From positions 3,779 through 67,778 of the IMG/VR virus record IMGVR_UViG_3300031578_004185: a stretch of DNA of 64,000 nucleotides. One strand, 5' to 3'. The number at the start of each line of letters is the position of its first letter. The stretch's first letter is position 1. The translations under genes and the position numbers were made by a program. The DNA is from a virus. This document shows, one piece after another, positions 16,202 through 26,745 of the stretch. The notes below the pieces were generated by a model, which ran no database searches, was not told the DNA's origin, and worked only from the letters and a program-made list of their open reading frames with translations.

Positions 16202-17467
16202 TTATACGTCATACCAGATCTGTAGCGTGAACAGTCCCCAAATCACGTTTGCTAGACTTGTAGCCGCGACCCCGCTACCTATCCTGCCTGACTTCAACGC
16301 TCCTGTTATCCTACTTAGTGATTGCTTCCTGCATATCTCGTTCAGTAGTTTCCCGTTTTCAAGTCTATCCAGCACCATCGGCTTAAGTTCTCTGCTGTTG
16401 AGCCAGTCGGCTATAGGGGTGCCGAAGCCCGCCTTCTTTCTCCAGACTACTGAGTCCGGCAACAAGTGTTCAGCGGCCTTTCTTAACATATACTTATCCT
16501 TTCTTAGCTTGTTAGGCAACCCTGCGGCAAGGGCGACTATTCCGTCATCTACAAGGGGCGATATTATCTTGGGAGTGAATCTGTCGAGCTTGTTAATGAA
16601 CTTGCCTGGTATTAGGTTGAGGTAATCCATGGCTAGTACCTTTTTGTATAGATCCGGCTCGTTTATTGTCCTGTATAAATAGTTTATTTTTGTGCCCTTT
16701 TCAAGAAGCCACTCCACATTCTGCTTGCTCATTGCTGTGGTTGGGTAAAGTATCATCTTGTCCAAGTTGGTTTGTAGTGGGAATAGCAGTATCCTTTCAA
16801 TTCTATTCCTGTACCCCGCAGTCGGGTTGCCGTTTATCAGCAGTTGTCCCGCTCGACGTATTATTGCCGGTATTTTGTTCATTATCCTGATGTATTTAGC
16901 GAAGTGATGCCAAGGGTAGCCGCCAAATATTTCATCACCCCCATCGCCACATATTACTAAATCGCAGTACTCCTTTGCCGCCTGACACAGGAAGTAGTTG
17001 TTGATTGCTCCGGCGTCCCCCAGTGGTTCATCATAGATCTTAGTAATCTCGCTGATGTTCTCGGCTACCATCTTAGCCGTGATTGTTACTTTATGGTGCT
17101 TCAGCCCGATATGTTTGGCAATTACAGATGCTTCATCAAACTCAGAGTGAGTTTCGAACTCCACGGTGAAGGCACCTCCTAGCTTGTTTCCCAGCACTTC
17201 CTTGCCTAGGCAGCCCACAATAGATGAATCTATGCCCCCTGAGAGAAATAGTCCAAATTTGTTACCTTGTGCTTTGTTCTTGATTGAACTCCTTATTGAG
17301 TTGCATAGCTCTTGTGCCACCGCTGATTCACTTAGTCCTGCAGATGCTCTAGGTTGAGGTATAGCCCATTCCTTGACTTCTCTGTGTAGGATATCAGAAC
17401 CTATTGGGTACTGGTACATCAGAAAAGCCGGGACATTAAAGTTCACGAATCTGGTATCCAGTTTCAT
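16202..17467 (-). CDS. Asparagine synthetase-like amidotransferase, synthetase domain only
   Basis: FLSGGIDSS PP-loop, GDGGDEIFGGY, WRKKAGFGTP; no N-terminal CGI glutaminase domain. Confidence 0.85.
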   Translation of the reverse strand: MKLDTRFVNFNVPAFLMYQYPIGSDILHREVKEWAIPQPRASAGLSESAVAQELCNSIRSSIKNKAQGNKFGLFLSGGIDSSIVGCLGKEVLGNKLGGAFTVEFETHSEFDEASVIAKHIGLKHHKVTITAKMVAENISEITKIYDEPLGDAGAINNYFLCQAAKEYCDLVICGDGGDEIFGGYPWHHFAKYIRIMNKIPAIIRRAGQLLINGNPTAGYRNRIERILLFPLQTNLDKMILYPTTAMSKQNVEWLLEKGTKINYLYRTINEPDLYKKVLAMDYLNLIPGKFINKLDRFTPKIISPLVDDGIVALAAGLPNKLRKDKYMLRKAAEHLLPDSVVWRKKAGFGTPIADWLNSRELKPMVLDRLENGKLLNEICRKQSLSRITGALKSGRIGSGVAATSLANVIWGLFTLQIWYDV

Positions 17468-18285
17468 TTTCCTTTTACCCCCAGTCCTCTTATTCCTGTT
17501 GCTGATCCATCCAGCATCCGATACGATATCCGTATGTCTTTGAGACCCGCCTGCTCGAACCACTCTTGGATTTCGTTGGGGTTGTAGTATCTTGCCTTTG
17601 GAGCCGACATCATATCAAAGACGTCGTTCCACTTGGTTTTGAACGGAAAGTGGGTGTAGTGTCTGACGAAGGGTATCCTCGTTCTAAGTCTGCCAACCAG
17701 CTCAAATGCCAGTGCACCCACAAATGCCAAAGGATAAAGTACTCTGAGTGGCAGTCGTGTGGTGATTCTCCGCATTGGCTCGAACAGGTGTATGGTTAGA
17801 CCGTTATCCTTTCTGCCGTACACCCAAACGGATATAGTACCCCCCGGCTTTACCGTCTTCACCAGTCCCCTGAAGCCCTCCTGTGGATCAGGAAGATGGT
17901 GGAGTACTCCGATGCAAAAGGTATAGTCGAACCTGTTGTCCCACTCTGTCGGCAAATTGTATATGTCACCCCGCATGACTCTGGCATTCAGCCCCTTTAG
18001 GTTTTCTGTTGCTGACTCTACCGCCCCCTTACCAATGTCGAAGGCAACGACCTCTGCCCCGTATTTAGCAGCAAAATAGGAATGCCTACCTGCTCCGCAA
18101 CCGGCATCCAAGACTGTCTTCCCTTTGAAGAACTCCTTGTTTATTGGGGCAATGTAGCCTAAGAAATTCTCCTCATACTCCGGAAAGATATCACTGAATC
18201 TTGCCCACTCAAAACCGAAGCTGGACGCCGTGCGTTCCTTCAGTTGCTCATTTGCCCGTACAGCTTTCGTACTACGTTCTCCCAT
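17464..18285 (-). CDS. Class I SAM-dependent methyltransferase
   Basis: VLDAGCGAGR, GVLHHLPDP. Confidence 0.9.
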   Translation of the reverse strand: MGERSTKAVRANEQLKERTASSFGFEWARFSDIFPEYEENFLGYIAPINKEFFKGKTVLDAGCGAGRHSYFAAKYGAEVVAFDIGKGAVESATENLKGLNARVMRGDIYNLPTEWDNRFDYTFCIGVLHHLPDPQEGFRGLVKTVKPGGTISVWVYGRKDNGLTIHLFEPMRRITTRLPLRVLYPLAFVGALAFELVGRLRTRIPFVRHYTHFPFKTKWNDVFDMMSAPKARYYNPNEIQEWFEQAGLKDIRISYRMLDGSATGIRGLGVKGK

Positions 18286-19298
18286 GTATATTGCCCTGCC
18301 TTTCTCTTGTTATTTTCGGCCATGACTTTTGACCAATTGCTGTCACTCAGTATCAGCTTAATCGCTTTAGATGTAGATGCTGCGCTGTTGGGTACGGTTA
18401 GTGTACCGTTAACCCAATCTTCTACTATTTCCGGTATTCCGCATACTCTGGGGGCTACTACAGGTAGTCCGCTCGCCATTGCCTCCAAGATTGCTACGGG
18501 AAAGCCTTCAGAGAGGCTGGTGTTTACCAGAACATCGGCGGCGCTCAAATAAGTCGGTATATCGGTGTTGCTCACGTGCCCGCAGAATACCACCCGTCCA
18601 TCGGCCTGCCTCCTGAGATGATTTGCTTCCGGTCCATCCCCAACTAAGATGTACGTGTTCCTGTTGTCCATTTTAGCTGCTTCGACGAAGACACGCAAGT
18701 TCTTTTCGGGGCGACATCTTCCAACCGCAATTACAGCCTTCCCTTCAGCCGGCAAACTCAGCTTCCTTCTTGCTTTGCTCCGGGAAAGTACACCAAACCT
18801 GCTAGTGTCTATGCCGTTAGGGACGACCTCGACTGGTTTGTGTGTATACTTGCTCATTTCATTTGCCATGTCTGTTGTCTGTGCAATGACTCTGCTGGCA
18901 TTGTTAAATAGTAGCCGCGATATCAATCCTTTTCCAATCCAGTTCACGTATATTTCACCGCGCCCGTAGACAATATATGGTATCCTTGCCATCTTGGATG
19001 CTACGAAGGCTGTCAGAGCCATTTGAGTACCTTGTGCGTGAATTATGTCCGGTCGTACTCTTAGTATAGCTCGTACTGCTCTTGGAAGGTAAAGTAGCCC
19101 GAACAGGTATGGCACGTTAACCGACTTGATCGTGTGAACAGTTACACCCCCAATTTCACACTTAACATGCTTAGTTGCTCCCGCAATCACATGAACTTCA
19201 TGTGACCCCGATGCACATTTAGCTATTGATACTGTAGCTATCTCAGTTCCACCATTACAGAGTGGGGGGAGACCAGAAACAAGTATAGCGATCCTCAT
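18240..19298 (-). CDS. GT4 family glycosyltransferase
   Basis: VPNGID, EGFPVAILEAMASGLPVV. Confidence 0.92.
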   Translation of the reverse strand: MRIAILVSGLPPLCNGGTEIATVSIAKCASGSHEVHVIAGATKHVKCEIGGVTVHTIKSVNVPYLFGLLYLPRAVRAILRVRPDIIHAQGTQMALTAFVASKMARIPYIVYGRGEIYVNWIGKGLISRLLFNNASRVIAQTTDMANEMSKYTHKPVEVVPNGIDTSRFGVLSRSKARRKLSLPAEGKAVIAVGRCRPEKNLRVFVEAAKMDNRNTYILVGDGPEANHLRRQADGRVVFCGHVSNTDIPTYLSAADVLVNTSLSEGFPVAILEAMASGLPVVAPRVCGIPEIVEDWVNGTLTVPNSAASTSKAIKLILSDSNWSKVMAENNKRKAGQYTWENVVRKLYGQMSN

Positions 19299-20266
19299 CT
19301 GTGTACCTCATGGTATCGTTTAACGTAAGACTCGACCATGGTAAAGTAGCTTCTGCCTTCATGCTCTTCTGCTTGCGCTATTTCGACATACTTCTCCACG
19401 ATGTCAGGGTTATTTGTGTCCAGTCCCAAAACCACCATATAAAATACAGCTTCGTCGTAGAATCTCCCTGTTGTTGCTTTGTATATGGCTTCTGCCCTGT
19501 CATATAACCCAAATAACTGATACAGCCGAGCCTTGTATATTGGGAAAAATTCAGCATCAGAATATTCATTTAAATAATAGTCGCTTACGCTGGACGCTTT
19601 ATGTATATCCATTAAGTTACTGCCCTTCCGCAGAGAGTATAGTTCCAACCACCAATCAATATACTGCTTGCTGTAACATCTGTATATTAGATTGTGTACA
19701 CTGCTTAAGTACGACATATTCGATATACTCAGATTAGGACTATAGTTGTTAACACAATCGCCACTGTAATCACCAGACTTGACAGTGTATCTGCCACCCT
19801 TTAAAATAACCTCACAATTAAACGCCGGATCGTAGTACCTCTCCTCCTCATTAATATACACTACCGTAAATGTGTGGCAAGGGAACAATATACTTCTGGC
19901 TTCTATTCCTTTTATTGCTAGTAGCTTGGTTAAGAGGAACGCCTTTTGGTCACACCATCCGATACCACGTACCAAGTCAAATAGACAGGTATAATCGATT
20001 GCACTACTATCCCCCACGCCCATCCAAGGCAGGTTTTGCTCTTCGTTAACATACACCCATGAATTCAGATTCCCTACAACTTCTGTTTTCGTTAACTCGG
20101 TGTTGTCCACAACCCTATCTGCTACCCTGTGATAGGCAAACTCGGATATCATATTATCTGCGGTGACATCTAATAGTAGCCACGTCAACGGGAATACTAA
20201 GTATAAAATTGTTATACAGATGATCACTATAGACGTTATGCGGGTTATCCGTATAGCTGCCTTCAT
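19295..20266 (-). CDS. Membrane-anchored transglutaminase-like protein
   Basis: N-terminal TM; GWCDQKA...CHTF...YYDP (Cys-His-Asp). Confidence 0.6.
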   Translation of the reverse strand: MKAAIRITRITSIVIICITILYLVFPLTWLLLDVTADNMISEFAYHRVADRVVDNTELTKTEVVGNLNSWVYVNEEQNLPWMGVGDSSAIDYTCLFDLVRGIGWCDQKAFLLTKLLAIKGIEARSILFPCHTFTVVYINEEERYYDPAFNCEVILKGGRYTVKSGDYSGDCVNNYSPNLSISNMSYLSSVHNLIYRCYSKQYIDWWLELYSLRKGSNLMDIHKASSVSDYYLNEYSDAEFFPIYKARLYQLFGLYDRAEAIYKATTGRFYDEAVFYMVVLGLDTNNPDIVEKYVEIAQAEEHEGRSYFTMVESYVKRYHEVHR

Positions 20267-22167
20267 TCTAACCCTTCCTTCATCAAGATATGAACTTCAT
20301 CGTTTTTCCAGATTTCACGATATCCTTGCTGTTTAGCTAATTCCACGAGGTCACAGTTCAACCTGTATATTGCTCCGTTGCCAAAGGCAAAAGGTTCCTC
20401 ATGAAGTGCATCCCTGAGCAGCAGTATATTGGCTCGCTGGGCACTGAAGTCGCCCGACAAGATTTCATCCGTCAGGGAAATCACTTTGGCGTTGTCGACA
20501 CCCATGGTTGCAGGAGGGTAGAATACCGGGTCTGTGCCTATAATTCGATGATTATATTCCTGTACTATGGCCAAGCTCCCCATTTCGTCTTCAGTGAAAG
20601 CGTAGCGGGCAATTAGGTTTGGGGACAGTGTTCTATTGGTCATGTTGGATACCAAGCCGATAGCAGATAAGAATGTTATTACAACCACCAACATTGTTAC
20701 CGATACCGCCCATCGGTACCCTGTTGATGCCAGAGATACTATAGCTACCCCCAGCGGTATTGCCAGAAGCACTTCGGCAAAATACCACCACCGATGTTCC
20801 AGCACTGGAAAGTCAAACAGGAGCGGAAAGAATCCAATAGACAGTGTAGCCAAGCCCAATACCACAAAAGTCTTCTGTATTGGCGCGGTAGTCCGTCTCA
20901 GCATTATAAGACAGCCTAAGACCGCTAAGCCGAAATACAAGAACATTCCTACGCTGTCTACTACCATTTCGCTTAACGTACTACCACCTTTGTATTCAAA
21001 GACAGTTTCAGATGTCTGCTCCACTACATAAATTGTTCCATGAATAGGGACAGGTCCGTTCTCGGTTGTGTAACGCAGTGCGTCATCTGCTGGTGTAAAA
21101 TAAAACAACATTGCTACTACTAACACCCCAAGTAGTGGGATAACCGAGAGTTCTCCTGTTTTTTTCGTCTTGGCCTTTACACTCAGTGTCTTGTTAAATA
21201 GTGTCGGTAGTACCCACAGGCAAGCAAACGTTCCCAGAACCCATACAGCGGCGATAAGATGGGTGGCGTATGCTGTCAAGACAATCAGTGCTATGGGTAC
21301 AAGTAACCACTTCGTGCTCCCTTTGCTCATTTTCAGCACCAAGTACGCTACCACCAAGCCATACGTTGCTCCCGTTGCATTTGGTATAATCCACCCCCCG
21401 AAGAATACCACCCAATTGGCACTCGCTGCCATTAGACCCGCTACGCAACCCACTTTCGTGTTCCACAATATTCGCCCTATCAGAAAGGTAAATAAGACAA
21501 TCCCAGCCGTCTGAAAACTACCTACGAAGATCAGAGAAGCCCACTTATAGCTAATGTCCAACAATCCCATAACAGATTTCAAGTATATGTGCATCAGGGA
21601 GTATCCACTACCTATAGATAAGAAACTCGGTTGCCCTGCGGTTATCGCTTGATGTATCCACGGATCCAGCCCAATCAGGCTACCCGGAAACAGGAGGTGT
21701 TCCGTCCAGATATGAGACAAGCCTATAATGCAGGCTATTCCCACTACAATCCATGGTTGTATTTTGCCTTCGCTCTTCAGTACACCGTAGAAAGCCAGAC
21801 TTGTTGCACAAGCCATTAGTACATAATAAGCTGTCGGCTTAATGTACTGCTCGGAGCGGAGAACAAAAGCTAGCCAAGCCGACAAGCAGAGGAGGAGCGA
21901 TCCAGCAATGAATATCCATGAAACTGTCCTATCATTGCCTAGGTCACCTTCTCTCGTCTCACGTCGTCTTAGTATTAGGTATAAGCCGATACTGCCCAAA
22001 CCCACGCCTACTGCAACCAGATATACGGGGTGGAACTCTTTGCATACCAGTATTACTGATGAGGTAGCCATGACCACTAGTCCCGCAACCGCTGCTACAA
22101 TATCTGGGTATCGTAATAGCTTGCTCATTTTCCGTTTCTTGTAACTTGCTGAAACAATTCCATCCAC
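20263..22167 (-). CDS. Polytopic membrane protein, GT-C/glycan-transfer-like
   Basis: More than 12 hydrophobic segments, GLDPWIH motif, soluble C-terminal tail, glycan-cluster context. Confidence 0.55.
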   Translation of the reverse strand: MDGIVSASYKKRKMSKLLRYPDIVAAVAGLVVMATSSVILVCKEFHPVYLVAVGVGLGSIGLYLILRRRETREGDLGNDRTVSWIFIAGSLLLCLSAWLAFVLRSEQYIKPTAYYVLMACATSLAFYGVLKSEGKIQPWIVVGIACIIGLSHIWTEHLLFPGSLIGLDPWIHQAITAGQPSFLSIGSGYSLMHIYLKSVMGLLDISYKWASLIFVGSFQTAGIVLFTFLIGRILWNTKVGCVAGLMAASANWVVFFGGWIIPNATGATYGLVVAYLVLKMSKGSTKWLLVPIALIVLTAYATHLIAAVWVLGTFACLWVLPTLFNKTLSVKAKTKKTGELSVIPLLGVLVVAMLFYFTPADDALRYTTENGPVPIHGTIYVVEQTSETVFEYKGGSTLSEMVVDSVGMFLYFGLAVLGCLIMLRRTTAPIQKTFVVLGLATLSIGFFPLLFDFPVLEHRWWYFAEVLLAIPLGVAIVSLASTGYRWAVSVTMLVVVITFLSAIGLVSNMTNRTLSPNLIARYAFTEDEMGSLAIVQEYNHRIIGTDPVFYPPATMGVDNAKVISLTDEILSGDFSAQRANILLLRDALHEEPFAFGNGAIYRLNCDLVELAKQQGYREIWKNDEVHILMKEGLE

Positions 22168-23357
22168 CGTGTACCGGTAACCTCTGGATTACAGTATGTC
22201 TCAATCCACTCCCTGCCCCTCCTGCCTATATCATTCCTCAAATCTTCATCTTCAGCGAGACGGTGTATGCTTTTAAGTATTTCGTCATCGTCGTGAGCGT
22301 TGATAATAGGAGGTATCTCAGGATACTGTGCGTCCTTGACAATTGGTGCTACATAGGATACTACAGGAGTTCCACATGACATGGCTTCCACGGGTACCAG
22401 AGCAATAACACCAACGACAAACTGATCCAAGACTATATCGGCTATGTTGTACAGGCAACACATTTCAGGTCCCGGAACGGGATCGAGCCATACAACATAC
22501 TTTGATATCTCCAACTCGTGTACCAAGTCCACACTGGACTCCACGTCCCATCCCTTTCTTATAACAAGCAATTTGGCGCGTCCCTTGTAAACGTCTACAA
22601 ACTTGGCGAATGCTCTGAACACCTTGTCGTTGCCTTTGCGGTCGGTAAAGGGTCTATTTAGCCACGACTGTCGAGGTGGATGAAACAGAATGAAGTCGCA
22701 TCCAAACCCACTGTACGCCTTTTGCTTTTCCTGTCGCCTCTGTTGGTCTTCCATTGGTTTGAACAGCTGCGTATCTATGTTGTGGGGGAAGCAGTGCAGA
22801 TTCTTCAGTCCTACCAGCTTGGCGATCTCTATTTGGTGGGGCATGAGTACAGTAGCTTTAGCCTTCCGCAATGACCCCGTCAGGTGATACTTTACGAGGA
22901 AGTGGAATATTCTCTGCCCCAAGCTGAACGGACCATTATCCGTTCCCGACCAACCCTGCACTGCAAGCTGATCGAGGTCCGACCCGTAGGAATAAAAGAT
23001 GAATGGCTTCCCCGTCCAACGCATCCACATTGGAGCGTACCCGGAACACACAATAACATCAAACCTTCTAGCGAAGTCAATAAGTGTTTTCAGCCTTGCT
23101 AGGTATCCGATTGGATTCTTGTATGGAGCGAAGTGCGGTAGGTGTAGGGGGTGAACCCAATCGGAGGCATCTGTGTCATCATTGTGCCAGCTAGGAAGAC
23201 TGTCATCTGGGACAATGGAGTCGAGTCCCAATATTGTGTGAGCGTCAATTCCCGTCTGCCTCAGGCGTTTTGCACACACATATAGCCAGTTCTGTGTGTT
23301 TAGTGGATCACAAAATAATACTTTCAACTTGTCACTTTGTTGTCCTGTCCCACCCAT
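22125..23357 (-). CDS. GT4-like glycosyltransferase
   Basis: VPVEAMSCGTPVV, GT-B layout. Confidence 0.85.
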   Translation of the reverse strand: MGGTGQQSDKLKVLFCDPLNTQNWLYVCAKRLRQTGIDAHTILGLDSIVPDDSLPSWHNDDTDASDWVHPLHLPHFAPYKNPIGYLARLKTLIDFARRFDVIVCSGYAPMWMRWTGKPFIFYSYGSDLDQLAVQGWSGTDNGPFSLGQRIFHFLVKYHLTGSLRKAKATVLMPHQIEIAKLVGLKNLHCFPHNIDTQLFKPMEDQQRRQEKQKAYSGFGCDFILFHPPRQSWLNRPFTDRKGNDKVFRAFAKFVDVYKGRAKLLVIRKGWDVESSVDLVHELEISKYVVWLDPVPGPEMCCLYNIADIVLDQFVVGVIALVPVEAMSCGTPVVSYVAPIVKDAQYPEIPPIINAHDDDEILKSIHRLAEDEDLRNDIGRRGREWIETYCNPEVTGTRWMELFQQVTRNGK

Positions 23358-23683
23358 TATAATTGATTACCCGCTTGTAAGTCTTTATTAAAAGCTATTA
23401 TACCGCACAGCTTGCAACACTGCTTGTCGTCACCATAAGATTCCCATACATGTTTGTGTGGTTCCGAAAATAGCGATGGTATAGGTTTGCCGTCAAACAC
23501 ACTACTCAGAATTGCGTCAAAGTACTGACGCTCTTTTTCCTTCTTGCTTTCATAATCATTGTGCCTTCTTGTGTCATCTTCTAAATGCTTAGCCTGATTT
23601 GGGCAGACACCGTAGTGGTTTAGCCTAGCACCGCATCGATGACAGAATCTATCTATTGGTTGAGGGTACTGAAGATAGGGCAT
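23357..23683 (-). CDS. Hypothetical protein with Zn-finger motifs
   Basis: FCHRCG...VCPN and HVW..CCKLCG; probable start ATG 23683. Confidence 0.5.
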   Translation of the reverse strand: MPYLQYPQPIDRFCHRCGARLNHYGVCPNQAKHLEDDTRRHNDYESKKEKERQYFDAILSSVFDGKPIPSLFSEPHKHVWESYGDDKQCCKLCGIIAFNKDLQAGNQL

Positions 23684-23852
23684 CTGTTTCACTCCCTTCA
23701 TCTTTATGACTTGGTGCGTAGGTTCTCCCGCACTTAGGACAACGGTATCGTTGAACCTGCTTGCGTCCAGACCAAGATTTTCCCATCTTGTGCATCTTGG
23801 AACCACACTCAGGACAGAAAACTGCCCTATCCTTGCTGTCTCCTATTTTCAT
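23649..23852 (-). CDS. InsA-like Zn-ribbon protein
   Basis: CPECGSKMHKMGKSWSGRKQVQRYRCPKCG. Confidence 0.75.
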   Translation of the reverse strand: MKIGDSKDRAVFCPECGSKMHKMGKSWSGRKQVQRYRCPKCGRTYAPSHKDEGSETDALSSVPSTNR

Positions 23853-24039
23853 CACCGATTTCCTAATACCAACAACGCCGCAAGTGTTCGGCAGTAGCCT
23901 TCCTTGCAAGCTCGTCATTCTGTCTTTGTTGTCCCCTTTTGTTCCTCTTAATTGAGGATTTATTGAACTTCTTTTTCACCGATTTCGCTTTCGATGCCCC
24001 TGTCTTCATTGTATACTCCTCCCTGACTTCCTGACATGC

Positions 24040-24288
24040 TTATTTGTTGTGTGGATTATACCACCGAGAGGTTTCTTTACCGTACATTAGTTCACACGCT
24101 CGTCTCCGCTGTCGGGACAGTTGTATACTTCCACGACCCCACCGCATACGTCTATAGGAAAGAACGGTTGAACTAATTATAAAGAAAGCAATAACAGCAC
24201 CGAAAACAATGAGAACTACTCCGTAATAGATTGCCCATTCCCCGTCTCCTGAGAACCAGTACCCAATATTACATAGGAAGTCACCCAT
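24040..24288 (-). CDS. Small membrane protein
   Basis: One TM, SD AGGAGG. Confidence 0.6.
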   Translation of the reverse strand: MGDFLCNIGYWFSGDGEWAIYYGVVLIVFGAVIAFFIISSTVLSYRRMRWGRGSIQLSRQRRRACELMYGKETSRWYNPHNK

Positions 24289-24322
24289 TTCGTCTTCACC
24301 TCCTTGCTAATCTATTGTTACT

Positions 24323-24352
24323 ATTAAAGCACACAGCACAGCACTTTGTCAA
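24323..24352 (-). promoter_or_regulatory. sigma70-type promoter with GTGCTGTGCTGTGT spacer
   Basis: TTGACA, 18 nt, TTTAAT; 14-bp spacer identical to the promoter at 60201-60229. Confidence 0.7.
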
Positions 24353-24370
24353 GTATTAAGGTTTCCCTTC

Positions 24371-25321
24371 CTATGTTACCCACAACCGCTTGAACAGTAC
24401 CGCGTCGAAAACTGTAGCCAGTCCCAGAATCCCAAGAACCCCCACACAAATGCCCAAAGGAATCCTAAGAACTTTCCTGGTACCCTTGTGCCGCAACAAG
24501 GAGACCGCCTTCCCCTTTACGCCTGCAATCTCTGTTGATTCTGGTAGGAAATCACTGTTTACGCAACAGTTATAACCAAAGAATACGGCGTTAATCCATC
24601 CTCGCCCGGACGGATACAGTCTACCGCAAGTCTCCTTAGAGTCGAGGTATCTCTTGAACATCTTAGGAGTTGTAAAGTTAAGCTCGTCGACAAAGTTCGG
24701 GTCCCGCCCGAACAACTTCACATATCCCCTAGCTATACTTCTAGTGATATACGGTATCCAGAACATGTTATAGTGCCCCTCGTAAATGCTGTTGTAATTG
24801 GGGACATTTGCCCACAGGAGTCCCCCCGGCTTCAATACACGGATAGCTTCCTTCATTGACATATCCAAGTCCCTAACGTGCTCCAAGACAGCTACACTGA
24901 TTACCGCGTCGAAGGTATTATCGTCAAAGGGAAGGTTCTCCGCCGTGGCATCAAGTAGTCTAGTTCTCGCATTGGTTATTAAATTCGACTCCAGTAGCTC
25001 AATAGCTCTTTCGTATCTGCCCTCGAAGCCGGCACTTGCTCCAGGTTCAATTCCCACTACATCCAAGCCGAGTTTCAACATGCAACAAAGAGAGAAGCCA
25101 TAGCCGCTACCGATTTCGAGTACCTTCAGTGTTTTGACTTTTTCCCTACCAAGGAGCCTCTCTAGCATTGTTAGAGGATACCTGCAACCACTTACGGACT
25201 TCCTGATAGCTTCCATGGAGTCACGCTTCCCTACTCGCCAAAAGAAATCAGCCTCAGCGTCCGCCATTTTGTGGAGCAACTGATCTGGAGTTACCACGTC
25301 GTAGCCACTCACCTCCTGCAT
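24371..25321 (-). CDS. Class I SAM-dependent methyltransferase
   Basis: VLEIGSGYG, VLEHV, VLKPGG. Confidence 0.9.
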   Translation of the reverse strand: MQEVSGYDVVTPDQLLHKMADAEADFFWRVGKRDSMEAIRKSVSGCRYPLTMLERLLGREKVKTLKVLEIGSGYGFSLCCMLKLGLDVVGIEPGASAGFEGRYERAIELLESNLITNARTRLLDATAENLPFDDNTFDAVISVAVLEHVRDLDMSMKEAIRVLKPGGLLWANVPNYNSIYEGHYNMFWIPYITRSIARGYVKLFGRDPNFVDELNFTTPKMFKRYLDSKETCGRLYPSGRGWINAVFFGYNCCVNSDFLPESTEIAGVKGKAVSLLRHKGTRKVLRIPLGICVGVLGILGLATVFDAVLFKRLWVT

Positions 25322-25558
25322 CTGTCTACCTCTTTTTTATCAAGGCATTAACGTAGGATTTCAAATCGTCTCTAATTTCTTGTCTGGTTTTGTGTCCTTT
25401 GGTACCATGAGATTTGTATATTTCGTGTGATAGATGAGCCACATAGTAGCTGGTACCACGTAGTCCGTTCCTCTGCACCCATAGCCTAAGCCTCTTACGA
25501 ACGCAGAATCTTTTGTTGGAGCTGTCAAATACTGCTATCTCTGCGAAACTCGTGTTAC

Positions 25559-26734
25559 TCATTTTCTGTACTTGGTGGTAACTTTCTTCACGACATCGAT
25601 TACGTCCCGCACATCTTGTACGGTCATGGCAGGGTACAATGGCAATGATATAATTCTATCGGATGCATACTCGGCGTTCGGATAGTCTCCTCGCTTATGT
25701 CCATACAGTTTACGGTAACCTTCCTGCAGGTGCATTGCCCTAAAGTGGATACCAATCCCCACGTTCTCAGCCTGTATGGCGTTCATGACAACGTCCCTGT
25801 CCACCGTAAGTCGGTCCGTGTCTACTACGACAACATAAAGGTGGTAGGAGTGTCGTATATAACTCTTCCGCTCAAGGGGTCTAACTTCAGGTATCTCCTT
25901 GAACGCCTCATCATACATCTCGGTATATCTCTTGCGTACTTCCCAGAACTCTTCCACCTTCTTCAGTTGACAGATACCTATAGTTGCCAAGATATCCGGC
26001 ATGTTATACTTGTACCCCGGATAAATGACCTCCCAGTGCTTGTACCCCTCACTTCCATACCGCTTCCAAGCATCTCGGTCTATACCATTAAAGCTGTATG
26101 TTCTGGCCAGCTCCGCAATTCGACCATCGTTGATAGTTAACATGCCACCTTCGCCAGTGGTTATGTTCTTGGTTGGATAGAAGCTGAAACAGCCAACGTT
26201 GCCTATAATTCCTGTCTTCCTTCCCTTATATTCTGCCTCCAGAGCATGCGCGGAATCCTCTATAACGTAGAGACCATACTTGTCGGCAATATCGTTAATC
26301 TCATCCATATCGCACGGGTGCCCAGCCAAGTGTACTGGAAGTATTGCTTTAGTCCTCTTGGTAATCTTCTCCTCTATCTCGTTTACGTCAATGTTAAGCG
26401 TGCCTAGCTCAACATCAACAAATACCGGTTTCGCTCTCTGGTGTACGATAGAATTGATCGTGGACGGCCACGTTATTGGAGTGGTGATTACCTCATCGCC
26501 GTCCCCTATCCCCCGTGCTACCAGTGCCAGATGCAGGGCAGCTGTGCAGGAACTAACAGCAACAGTATGCTTACACCCCTTAAACTCAGCAAAATCCTTC
26601 TCAAACTGTAGTGTCCTTGCTCCCGTAGTGAGCCACCCCGACCTTAGTACATTCAGTACTGCATCTTCTTCCTCTTTGCCCAGTAGTGGTCTACAGAACG
26701 GTAGGAAATCTTTTCTTGTCGGCTGATTATCCAA
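25559..26734 (-). CDS. DegT/DnrJ/EryC1/StrS sugar aminotransferase
   Basis: SSCTAALHLAL, FSFYPTKNITTGEGGM; probable TTG start at 26734 after GGGGGA. Confidence 0.93.
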   Translation of the reverse strand: MDNQPTRKDFLPFCRPLLGKEEEDAVLNVLRSGWLTTGARTLQFEKDFAEFKGCKHTVAVSSCTAALHLALVARGIGDGDEVITTPITWPSTINSIVHQRAKPVFVDVELGTLNIDVNEIEEKITKRTKAILPVHLAGHPCDMDEINDIADKYGLYVIEDSAHALEAEYKGRKTGIIGNVGCFSFYPTKNITTGEGGMLTINDGRIAELARTYSFNGIDRDAWKRYGSEGYKHWEVIYPGYKYNMPDILATIGICQLKKVEEFWEVRKRYTEMYDEAFKEIPEVRPLERKSYIRHSYHLYVVVVDTDRLTVDRDVVMNAIQAENVGIGIHFRAMHLQEGYRKLYGHKRGDYPNAEYASDRIISLPLYPAMTVQDVRDVIDVVKKVTTKYRK

Positions 26735-26745
26735 AATATTCCCCC

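Noticed and set aside
23649-23852. IS1-family insertion sequences
   Set aside because: InsA-like Zn ribbons occur without InsB/DDE transposase, terminal inverted repeats or target duplications
25326-25562. 78-aa ORF between the aminotransferase and methyltransferase
   Set aside because: No recognisable motif; it may be real but I cannot support it
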